A model generated the notes under the pieces. It was given only the letters and a program-made list of their open reading frames with translations. It had not been told where the DNA came from and did no database searches. Below, in pieces: positions 1 through 6,983 of a stretch of DNA of 11,523 bases. The number at the start of each line of letters is the position of its first letter. Positions within the stretch are counted from its first letter, which is position 1. Position numbers and translations under genes: made by a program. The DNA comes from Fidelibacterota bacterium (lineage in GTDB: Bacteria > Fidelibacterota > Marinisomatia > Marinisomatales > TCS55), in assembly GCA_046861385.1 (NCBI GenBank), contig JBHHTW010000050.1, positions 1-11,523 of the forward strand. The letters run 5' to 3'.

Positions 1-31
1 TTACTTTATCCTTCTTCCGTATCTTCGTCAT
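1..31 (-). CDS. Possible 5' fragment of a downstream gene (MTKIRKKDKV...), truncated by the window edge
   Basis: ATG at 31-29 overlaps the TGA stop of the 28..453 ORF (ATGA coupling, as also seen at 450-453). The frame stays open to position 1. Only 10 codons are visible, so no product can be assigned. Confidence 0.3.
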   Translation of the reverse strand, partial: MTKIRKKDKV

Positions 32-453
32 TGGCCATATTTCCTTTGAGCTTTTAAGAGATGTAGATTGGCTTTTTGATTTTTCCCATCCTGGACCATG
101 GATACAATCCGCACCGCTTCCATAACCGGAATATTTGCATTATCTGAATTGGAATAGAACGCGTCTATGGCTTTTGCAATTATGTCAATATTTCCTTCTA
201 CCTCTTTTGAAATATGCTCGTCGACAATTTCGTAAAATCGATCGATGTAATATGGGCGGACCCAATTGTCATTACCTATATACTGTTCTTTCACCTGTCG
301 TTGATGATGCATTTTTAGATCGGAAGCAGCGGCATAAGCTCCATTCACAAAAGATACTTTTTCAGATTCGTTCAGGCTGCCCCAATAATCTGAAGGAGTC
401 CTGCCCTGCCCATAAACCAGACTGAATAAAAGGATTGAAATAATTATTTTCAT
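28..453 (-). CDS. Secreted/periplasmic hypothetical protein (141 aa)
   Basis: Sec-type signal peptide MKIIISILLFSLVYG|Q. ATGA overlap with the nadE stop codon. No catalytic motif recognised. Confidence 0.85.
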   Translation of the reverse strand: MKIIISILLFSLVYGQGRTPSDYWGSLNESEKVSFVNGAYAAASDLKMHHQRQVKEQYIGNDNWVRPYYIDRFYEIVDEHISKEVEGNIDIIAKAIDAFYSNSDNANIPVMEAVRIVSMVQDGKNQKANLHLLKAQRKYGQ

Positions 454-2066
454 GATTTTTTCCCCCGGTAATGGTTTACAATGGGCATGCGCCGTCCTGT
501 GCCGAATGCCTTTTTCGTCACCCTGATTCCAGGGGCTGCCTGTCTGCGTTTATATTCATTGATCCGAATTCTCTGGTAGATGCTGACCACCAATTCTTTT
601 TCGTATCCTTGTGATATTAATTGGGCCGGAGATTTTCTCTCCTCAACAATAAGATCTACCAGTGGACTAACCACGGTATAGTCAAATGGATCTACCTGAT
701 CTGGAGCCAACTCAGCAGACGGTGGTTTTGAAATACAATTTTCCGGAATTCGTTGAAACCCAGAGTTTTTATTCACCCATTTTGATAATCCATAAACATC
801 CGTTTTGGATAAATCAGATATTACAGCCAAGCCTCCGCTCATATCACCATACAAGGTGCAGTAACCTAAAGCCAGTTCTGTTTTATTTCCGGTAGAAAGT
901 ACCATCCATTTATTTTTATTGGATAATGCCATGAGCAAATTTCCCCTGACCCTCGCCTGAATATTTTCCTCTGCGACATTTCGTTCTGTGCTTTTAAAAT
1001 GAGATTGAAGCATATTTTCATATTCAGTGACGATATTTGGAATGGGAATTGTTTTATAATCGATTCCAAGATTTTTAGCTAATTGTTGTGCATCATCTCT
1101 ACTATGTTCACTGGAAAACACCGACGGCATAGATACACCGTGAACATTCTCTTTTCCGAGTGCGTCTACGGCAATGCAAGCCACCAGTGATGAATCAATT
1201 CCGCCGCTTAAACCGATGACAGCTTCCCCATGACCTGTTTTGCGGAAATAATCTTTCACTCCGAGAACCAAAGCTGAATACATTTCCCCTTCCCGGTCTG
1301 GTTCCGGCATGGTTACTTCCTTTGATGATGTTGTATCTGCGAAAACAATCAATTCAGAAAATCGGGATCCAAATCCAATTACTTGTCCATTTCCATTCAT
1401 AGAAATGGATTGCCCGTCAAAAATGAGTTCATCCTGGGCGCCGACGAGATTGCAGTAATAAAAGGGGATTCCCGTTTCAGCTACTTTCGATCGTATCAAA
1501 CCCAATCTCTCATTCAGCCTCAGTTGGTAATAAGGTGATGCCGAAATGTTAATAATGCAGTCTGCTCCCGCCTCCTTTAATTCTTTTGATACTTTGAATT
1601 CATAATCGTTGTCCCAGAGGTCTTCGCAAATCTCCAGCCCGACAGTGAAATTTTTCCCATTGATTTCAATCGGACATAGACCGGTTGTTGTTCCGGCTGT
1701 GAAATACCTGTCTTCGTCAAAAACATCATAAGTCGGCAATAATATCTTATCATATCGAAACACCTGCTTGCCTTGGGTGCAAACAGCAGCAGAATTAAAC
1801 AAATTTCCCTTTTCTCCATGAATATAGCCCAATACCATAGGAATGGTGGATTGGCTGGCGATCTCCCCCAGGACAGCCATATTTTCGTCTACAAAGCCAT
1901 TTTCGTACAAGAGGTCTGCAATGGGATAGCCGGTAATAACCATTTCCGGGAAAACCACTAGATCTGCGCCCTTATCAATGGCTTTTCTGTAATTATCCAG
2001 GATGAGGTCTTTATTGGCCGCCAGCGCGCCGACGGTAGGATTAACTTGGCAGAGAGCGATTTTCAT
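450..2066 (-). CDS. nadE: Glutamine-dependent NAD(+) synthetase
   Basis: N-terminal nitrilase-fold glutaminase domain with Glu-Lys-Cys triad motifs (VVFPE, YDKILLP, ICEDLW). C-terminal synthetase domain with GLSGGIDS, ENIQARVRG, TGNKTE, KPPSAEL and EYKRRQ. SD-like AGAGGGG upstream. Confidence 0.97.
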   Translation of the reverse strand: MKIALCQVNPTVGALAANKDLILDNYRKAIDKGADLVVFPEMVITGYPIADLLYENGFVDENMAVLGEIASQSTIPMVLGYIHGEKGNLFNSAAVCTQGKQVFRYDKILLPTYDVFDEDRYFTAGTTTGLCPIEINGKNFTVGLEICEDLWDNDYEFKVSKELKEAGADCIINISASPYYQLRLNERLGLIRSKVAETGIPFYYCNLVGAQDELIFDGQSISMNGNGQVIGFGSRFSELIVFADTTSSKEVTMPEPDREGEMYSALVLGVKDYFRKTGHGEAVIGLSGGIDSSLVACIAVDALGKENVHGVSMPSVFSSEHSRDDAQQLAKNLGIDYKTIPIPNIVTEYENMLQSHFKSTERNVAEENIQARVRGNLLMALSNKNKWMVLSTGNKTELALGYCTLYGDMSGGLAVISDLSKTDVYGLSKWVNKNSGFQRIPENCISKPPSAELAPDQVDPFDYTVVSPLVDLIVEERKSPAQLISQGYEKELVVSIYQRIRINEYKRRQAAPGIRVTKKAFGTGRRMPIVNHYRGKKS

Positions 2067-2159
2067 ATTTGACCCCTCTTTCTCGCTTGCCCGACTGGAA
2101 GGAATTCTCCTGTATGACAGGGGAAAAAATGAAGAAGTATTATTACTATTATTATACTT
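2067..2159 (-). promoter_or_regulatory. Putative nadE promoter/leader: TATAAT inside an AAGTAT-N13-ATACTT inverted repeat, a short hairpin and an SD
   Basis: Minus-strand TATAAT at 2156-2151. Inverted repeat 2135-2140/2154-2159. Hairpin 2105-2125. SD AGAGGGG at 2079-2073. No good -35, and the context is AT-rich. Confidence 0.3.
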
Positions 2160-2184
2160 GCATTGGTTAGTCTTAATAAATCAT

Positions 2185-2279
2185 TGTCATTGCGAGCGCA
2201 ACAAAGTGAAGCGTGGCAATCTCCTATTTTCATCATACCAAAGGAGATCACTTCGTCGCTCCGCTTTCTCGTGATGACA
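2185..2279. repeat. 95-bp RPE/REP-like palindromic element (TGTCATTGCGAG...GCAATCTCC...GGAGAT...CTCGTGATGACA)
   Basis: 12-bp terminal inverted repeat 2185-2196/2268-2279 (10 WC + 2 G-T pairs on the + strand). Inner stem ATCTCCT 2219-2225/AGGAGAT 2242-2248. GC-richer than its AT-rich flanks. Resembles the widespread GTCATTGCGAG...CTCGCAATGAC palindromic repeat class (recognised from memory). Confidence 0.75.
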
Positions 2280-2411
2280 GAGATATGTTTGTATATTTAT
2301 ATTTGAGATTCATACAATTATTATATGCCGGAGCACAAACCATTGGCATTTTAATATGAAATCTTTAACTATTTTATTCGTGTTAATTCTTGTCATTTTT
2401 GAACTCAATAT

Positions 2412-2684
2412 TTAGTATTTCATTTCGAACGTGGAGTAAGAATTTGTTGGTTCAATCCACTCTATTTCGACATTATCCACTCGGGAATAACGTGAACCTA
2501 CGTTAAGCCATTTTATTAATTGATTCAATTGTTCTTCTTCGCCTTCTGCTTCTAAATACACAGTTCCATCAGGTTTATTCATTACCCAACCTACCACATT
2601 CAATTTCACAGCCTCTTTCCGTGTTGAATCGCGAAACCAGACACCCTGAACTTTACCTGAAATCGTTGCCTTAAATGCTTTCAT
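2412..2684 (-). CDS. acyP: Acylphosphatase
   Basis: 90 aa. Signature SGKVQGVWFR (catalytic Arg) and GWVMNKPDGTV (catalytic Asn). Confidence 0.95.
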   Translation of the reverse strand: MKAFKATISGKVQGVWFRDSTRKEAVKLNVVGWVMNKPDGTVYLEAEGEEEQLNQLIKWLNVGSRYSRVDNVEIEWIEPTNSYSTFEMKY

Positions 2685-2686
2685 AA

Positions 2687-2780
2687 TTTAAAAAGTAATT
2701 ATTTAAAACGTAATTATGTATGAAATAATCATTAAATCTGCTGTGTTGGCACATTACGTTTTACGCATTACGTTTTACGT
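2687..2780. repeat. TAAAACGTAA/TTACGTTTTA palindromic short-period element, copy 1
   Basis: Left arm TTTAAAAAGTAATTATTTAAAACGTAATTATGTA (2687-2720). Right arm ATTACGTTTTACGCATTACGTTTTACGT (2753-2780), identical over 28 bp to 4954-4981. Confidence 0.85.
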
Positions 2781-2798
2781 TTCTATTCATGTTTCACT

Positions 2799-3251
2799 TT
2801 AAGTATTCTCAATAATGAATTGAATAACTTCATATGGAGTTTCTACATTCTTTAGTCCGTCAATGTCCCAACTATGTAAACCTATTATGGGTTTGCCTAA
2901 CTGTTTGGCATAGGCGATTTCTGATAATGTACCATATTTCCCGCTGATGGCTACTGCGGCATCGCAGTTATATGCCAGCAATGCATTTCGGGTAATACCC
3001 ATATTCGTAGATACGGGAATTGTAATATAGTCATTCATTTCATCCAGGGTACTGCCTTTGAGTATTCCCACGCATGTTCCACCTGCCTCGCGGGTACCTT
3101 TGGCCACAGCTTCCATAACGCCGTTTCCTCCGCCACAATAGACGAGGTAACCCTCTTTTGCAAGGAGTTTTCCCAACTCATATGCATCATTATAAATTTC
3201 GTCGGTAATATCCCGACCACCAAAGACGGATACACGTGTTTTATCGAACAT
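2799..3251 (-). CDS. TIGR00725-type LOG/SLOG-family (Rossmann-fold nucleotide-binding) protein
   Basis: 150 aa. Motifs VYCGGGNGVMEAVAKG, GTCVGIL, TNMGITRNALL and AISGKYGTLSEIAYA. Confidence 0.9.
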   Translation of the reverse strand: MFDKTRVSVFGGRDITDEIYNDAYELGKLLAKEGYLVYCGGGNGVMEAVAKGTREAGGTCVGILKGSTLDEMNDYITIPVSTNMGITRNALLAYNCDAAVAISGKYGTLSEIAYAKQLGKPIIGLHSWDIDGLKNVETPYEVIQFIIENT

Positions 3252-3281
3252 AATGGTCTTAATTAGTCTTAGTTAATAATT

Positions 3282-3598
3282 TTATTGCAGTTCAATTTTT
3301 GTTATAGGTTTATCGTAGACATTGTCACTTAAATTTTTTAACGATTTTAAAAAGTCCTTATCATTCAATACAGAAAGTTGGTATTTAGCAATTTCCTTTA
3401 ATTTATGAAATCTGCTGTTCTTGTTGATTTTTTCCTTACATTTATAAGGTCAAACTGTCCACCCAAATAGAGAGTTTTAATTTCTCTTTTATCGGAATTT
3501 ATTGTTTTGAAAATGGAAAGCAATTTTCGTATTTGTTTTAATATACTTTCATTTTGCTTTCTTGAATCAAAAACAGATATACGTGTTTTTTTAAACAT
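3282..3598 (-). pseudogene. AT-rich degraded/frameshifted ORF beginning with a duplicate of the LOG-gene 5' end
   Basis: The 66-aa ORF 3398..3598 starts [10 protein letters not shown] versus LOG MFDKTRVSVF (25/31 nt identical) and is coupled to asnS by TAATG. An overlapping shifted frame (...KEKINKNSRFHKLKEIAKYQLSVLNDKDFLKSLKNLSDNVYDKPITKIELQ*) stays open to TAA at 3284-3282. Confidence 0.45.
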
Positions 3599-4890
3599 TA
3601 AGGCTCCAGCCTCGCCAATGTCCGTGGAAATGGAATGGTTTCCCGGATATGTTTGATGCCGGTGATCCAGGTAATGGTTCGTTCAATACCCAAACCAAAA
3701 CCGGAATGGGGTACCGACCCATATTTCCGCAAGTCCAGATACCAGCCGAAATCCTTCATATCCAGTTCGTTCTCCTTAATTCTGCTTTCCAGAATGGATA
3801 AATCATCTTCACGCTGACCGCCGCCGATGATTTCACCATATCCTTCCGGAGCCAGCATATCTACACCAAGTGCAAGGTTATCATTTTCTTCATCACGTTT
3901 CATATAAAATGCTTTAATTTCTGCCGGCCAACGGTGAACCATCACCGGGCGGTCAAATTGAGATGAAATGATCGTTTCATCCGTGCCACCAAAGTCCGTA
4001 CCGTATGTAAAGTCAGCTCCGTTCTCTTCAAGTATCTTGGCGGCTTCATCGTAAGTAATCCTCGGGAATGGCGCTTTCACCTTTTCCAAACTGGATGTAT
4101 CACGTTCCAGTATTTCCAACTCAACTTTACAATGTTCCAAGCACCATTGGACAACGTATTCTACAAACTGTTCTGCCAGATCCATATTTTCATCTAGATT
4201 AAAATAAGCCATTTCCGGCTCCACCATCCAGAATTCCGTCAAGTGCCGACGAGTCTTTGATTTTTCTGCTCGAAACGTGGGACCAAAACAATAAACTTTG
4301 CCTAAAGCGGCCGCTGTTGCTTCGGAATAAAGCTGTCCACTCTGGGTTAAATAGGCAGATCGCTCAAAATAATCCACAGCAAATAGGTTGGATGTGCCCT
4401 CGCAGGCATTGGCAGTGAAAATGGGAGTATCCACCAGAGTAAAGCCATTATTGTCAAAGAAATCACGACACGCTTTGATCACCTGATGACGAACTTTCAA
4501 AATGGCATGCTGCTTCTTTGAACGAATCCATAAATGGCGGTTATCCATTAAAAAAGATGTCCCGTGTTCTTTCGGTGTAATGGGGTATTCTTCGGCGATT
4601 TGATGTACCTGAATATTAGTCACGCCAATCTCGTATCCGCCGACAGAGCGCGGTTCTTCTTTTACTAATCCTGTGACAGATACAGATGATTCCTGTGTAA
4701 GCGTATTTCCCAAGTCGAAAATTTCATCTGCTACTTCCCCTTTTACAACTACACATTGGGTCATTCCGCTGCCATCCCGGAGGATGAGAAACCACACTTT
4801 CCCGATAGTTCGTTTATTATATACCCAGCCGTGCAGAGTGACTTCTTCTCCAATGTGATCTTTCAAATCTTTAATTATTACTCTGTTCAT
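3598..4890 (-). CDS. asnS: Asparagine--tRNA ligase
   Basis: N-terminal OB-fold (GWVYNKR...FLILRDGSG). [20 protein letters not shown], motif 2 [25 protein letters not shown] and motif 3 [18 protein letters not shown] upstream. Confidence 0.96.
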   Translation of the reverse strand: MNRVIIKDLKDHIGEEVTLHGWVYNKRTIGKVWFLILRDGSGMTQCVVVKGEVADEIFDLGNTLTQESSVSVTGLVKEEPRSVGGYEIGVTNIQVHQIAEEYPITPKEHGTSFLMDNRHLWIRSKKQHAILKVRHQVIKACRDFFDNNGFTLVDTPIFTANACEGTSNLFAVDYFERSAYLTQSGQLYSEATAAALGKVYCFGPTFRAEKSKTRRHLTEFWMVEPEMAYFNLDENMDLAEQFVEYVVQWCLEHCKVELEILERDTSSLEKVKAPFPRITYDEAAKILEENGADFTYGTDFGGTDETIISSQFDRPVMVHRWPAEIKAFYMKRDEENDNLALGVDMLAPEGYGEIIGGGQREDDLSILESRIKENELDMKDFGWYLDLRKYGSVPHSGFGLGIERTITWITGIKHIRETIPFPRTLARLEP

Positions 4891-4904
4891 GTTTTCCTTT
4901 GTCT

Positions 4905-4981
4905 GTAATTATGTAAAACGTAATTATTTAAAACGTAAAAAGGTGGTTCTTTTATTACGTTTTACGCATTACGTTTTACGT
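4905..4981. repeat. TAAAACGTAA/TTACGTTTTA palindromic short-period element, copy 2
   Basis: GTAAAACGTAAT 4913-4924 pairs with ATTACGTTTTAC 4968-4979. TAAAACGTAA 4929-4938 pairs with TTACGTTTTA 4955-4964. Loop is 16 nt. Left-arm period 15 nt, right-arm period 14 nt. Confidence 0.88.
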
Positions 4982-4989
4982 ATTTATTC

Positions 4990-5616
4990 TTACCACGACG
5001 TCAAAATATCATTTAAAACGTCTTCTGCAATTTTTTCTACTGCCACTTTCGTAGCAAATTCTCTGGGATCTCCGATTTCATCAATATCATCACCATCTAT
5101 GGCACCATCACCATCGTTGTCAATACCATCCGTACTGATGTCCCCGCTCAAGCCATAGGCTCCCCAGCCGGAATACTGCTTGGTGAGCAGCACTTTGTCA
5201 TTCTCAATATCGATCCATTCTATTTTCATGCTGATCGTAAATCGATATTCTGAAACGGCTTCCTCTTTACTAAACGTATATGGGCCATCGTTTACTGTTA
5301 AAATAATACCTCTTAACACCGAATCAGCCGTCTTTTCATCAATGACCCGTAAAATATTCTCTTCGTTAAACTTGGAAAGCAAATTATCGGTGACCGTCTC
5401 CGCCATGGCGAATTCTGCCGTCTGATTCTCCACCAGGGGAATGGCGATACTTTTAATATTCGGCGGAATGGAACCGGCCATAGAGTAAAACATACATGAA
5501 AAATGGAAGATGGAAAATGTGAGAAGGAAGATGGTGAGTAGCGAGTGGTAACTGGTGAGTGGTAACTGGTGAAAGAAAGATGGTCTGTTGAAAATTGATT
5601 GTGGATATTTTTTCAT
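4990..5616 (-). CDS. lptE: LptE-family (LPS assembly) lipoprotein
   Basis: Lipobox-like FS-C followed by MFYSMAGSIPPNIKSIAIPLVENQT...ADSVLRGII...EYRFTISM...AVEKIAEDVLNDILTSW, the pattern of FCB-group LptE. ATG at 5616 with SD AGGTG is preferred over the GTG at 5625. It lies downstream of a sigma-54 activator gene, as in the FCB-group gene order. Confidence 0.8.
   Translation of the reverse strand: MKKYPQSIFNRPSFFHQLPLTSYHSLLTIFLLTFSIFHFSCMFYSMAGSIPPNIKSIAIPLVENQTAEFAMAETVTDNLLSKFNEENILRVIDEKTADSVLRGIILTVNDGPYTFSKEEAVSEYRFTISMKIEWIDIENDKVLLTKQYSGWGAYGLSGDISTDGIDNDGDGAIDGDDIDEIGDPREFATKVAVEKIAEDVLNDILTSW
5500..5583. repeat. 12 tandem degenerate heptamers inside the lptE signal-peptide coding region
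   Basis: + strand: AAAATGG AAGATGG AAAATGT GAGAAGG AAGATGG TGAGTAG CGAGTGG TAACTGG TGAGTGG TAACTGG TGAAAGA AAGATGG. 84 bp = exactly 28 codons. Confidence 0.85.
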
Positions 5617-5617
5617 T

Positions 5618-6775
5618 TTATTCACCTAGCCTGAATTGTGGATACCTATTAGAGTAATTTGGATCAGATAAAATAGTATGACCAGAACCATCAAAATTCA
5701 TTACCCAAATATTATATTGGTAATCATCCCCATGGAAATCAGCCCTACACAATATTTGAGAACCTGATTGGGATATAGATATGTTTTCCACATCTTCTGC
5801 TTCATCAAAAATTCCCCATGATTCACCAGTTAAAGTATCATAAACCCTATACCTGATGTTTTCAAATAATAATAATACCATGAATAATCGCTCACCGTAA
5901 ATGATATATCGCGAATCTTTTGTGAAAAACATATATGGTGAATATTCATCTAAAATTTGGATTGTGTCACTATTTAATAAATCAATAACAAATGTTCCTG
6001 GATCATGTTCAGATGACCGACTCTGCTTATAGAATGCAAAAGTACTATCTTGATTATAGGTCAAATTAGAGTAAAAATAATTATCCAACGATTTTAGATT
6101 TATTCCATTTACATCAATTTCAATATTCGCAACATAGTAAAATATTTTTGAAGTATCCGGAAATATTTTTTCAAGATATATTCCTACAGAAAATATATTA
6201 TCACTCAACCATTTTGTACGATGAGCATCAATAGTATTTAAGTTCGTTGAGTCATTATTAAGTATTTCAATTAATTGTTCTTCAATATCAATTGTTTGGT
6301 TATTAGTCATATCATATAAATGATACTCATCAAGATCGTATAACAAAGCTCCAATAAATGAATAATAAATAATGAATTTCCCAGCCGGAGATAATCTATA
6401 GTTCTGACATTCTATTTCGTTAATGTGTGAAAGGTCTTCGCTCTCAATATTATAATTATATAGCTTTCCTTTATAAGTTGAAAACGCTGCCACGGTATCA
6501 AGAAAAAAAATAGATTCACCATTCGCTGCCCATCTAATATTCTCAAAATTATCTTTATAACCCGGTATTGCAATTACTTTTCTGGTTTGGGTTTCTTTAT
6601 CAATCAGCACTAAATTATTACCTTGTCTATACAAAATATCATGCTCTAATTCATCAAAATAGGTTGGATAATCATGCAGATCTGGCTCTGCATAATTTGT
6701 TGGATCACAATTAGTATTTATCAACATTAGCATAGAAAAAACAATGATAAGAATTTTTTGCAGTATACTATTCAT
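5618..6775 (-). CDS. AT-rich exported protein, probably a lipoprotein, with TolB/PD40-like beta-propeller repeats
   Basis: 385 aa. Hydrophobic leader ending in Cys23 (non-canonical lipobox). Blade-like motifs IRWAANGESIFF, RLSPAGKFIIY, FFTKDSRYIIY, SISQSGSQILC and NIWVMNFDGSGHTILS...YPQF. Hand counts of three 60-nt lines give 23-30% GC. Confidence 0.75.
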   Translation of the reverse strand: MNSILQKILIIVFSMLMLINTNCDPTNYAEPDLHDYPTYFDELEHDILYRQGNNLVLIDKETQTRKVIAIPGYKDNFENIRWAANGESIFFLDTVAAFSTYKGKLYNYNIESEDLSHINEIECQNYRLSPAGKFIIYYSFIGALLYDLDEYHLYDMTNNQTIDIEEQLIEILNNDSTNLNTIDAHRTKWLSDNIFSVGIYLEKIFPDTSKIFYYVANIEIDVNGINLKSLDNYFYSNLTYNQDSTFAFYKQSRSSEHDPGTFVIDLLNSDTIQILDEYSPYMFFTKDSRYIIYGERLFMVLLLFENIRYRVYDTLTGESWGIFDEAEDVENISISQSGSQILCRADFHGDDYQYNIWVMNFDGSGHTILSDPNYSNRYPQFRLGE

Positions 6776-6802
6776 ACTTCAATATTCCAAAAAATGAAAA
6801 AT

Positions 6803-6983
6803 GTCGCATTAGAAAAATATTATCAACAACGTCAAGACCTTGTTGAGGATCAGAATGAATTACTGTTTGAGTCCCGACAAAATGTCGGGAAGAGTTTAAT
6901 TCATTCCCGAAAGAAGGTCGAAGACGGATGATATTTTTCTCCAGCGACGCTTCTTTTCGTTCTTTTCTTCTAAAGAAAAGGAC
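6803..6983. other. Large structured intergenic element: 146-nt interrupted hairpin plus adjacent intrastrand-triplex motif
   Basis: Seven nested stems in 6803-6948 (46 WC pairs). TTCTTTTC-GTT-CTTTTCTT-CTA-AAGAAAAG at 6951-6980. Confidence 0.8.

Noticed and set aside
1-30. TGA read-through or alternative genetic code (in-frame TAA at 3-1 after the TGA at 30-28)
   Set aside because: TGA ends nadE, galE and uvrB at their expected C-termini and no conserved gene contains an internal TGA, consistent with standard code 11.
1-31. Ribosomal protein L24 call for MTKIRKKDKV
   Set aside because: Only 10 residues, lacking the conserved Gly of K-G-D, and the context is not the spc operon.
2105-2129. Intrinsic terminator
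   Set aside because: The U-tract precedes rather than follows the hairpin in the minus-strand transcript, and the + strand has an A-tract after it.
2002-2274. ORFs 2002..2274 (+) and 2063..2251 (-)
   Set aside because: They run through the palindromic repeat, AT-rich low-complexity DNA and the nadE start. No protein-like motifs.
2746-2762. Sigma-54 promoter at TTGGCAC
   Set aside because: No GC at the -12 position (GG-N10-TT), it overlaps the repeat arm, and it points antisense.
2734-3418. 11-bp direct repeat AAATCTGCTGT (2734-2744 and 3408-3418) flanking the LOG gene
   Set aside because: Short and AT-rich, not at any evident element boundary. Compatible with chance.
4889-5158. + strand 89-aa ORF
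   Set aside because: Made of the TTACG repeat translation plus the antisense of lptE.
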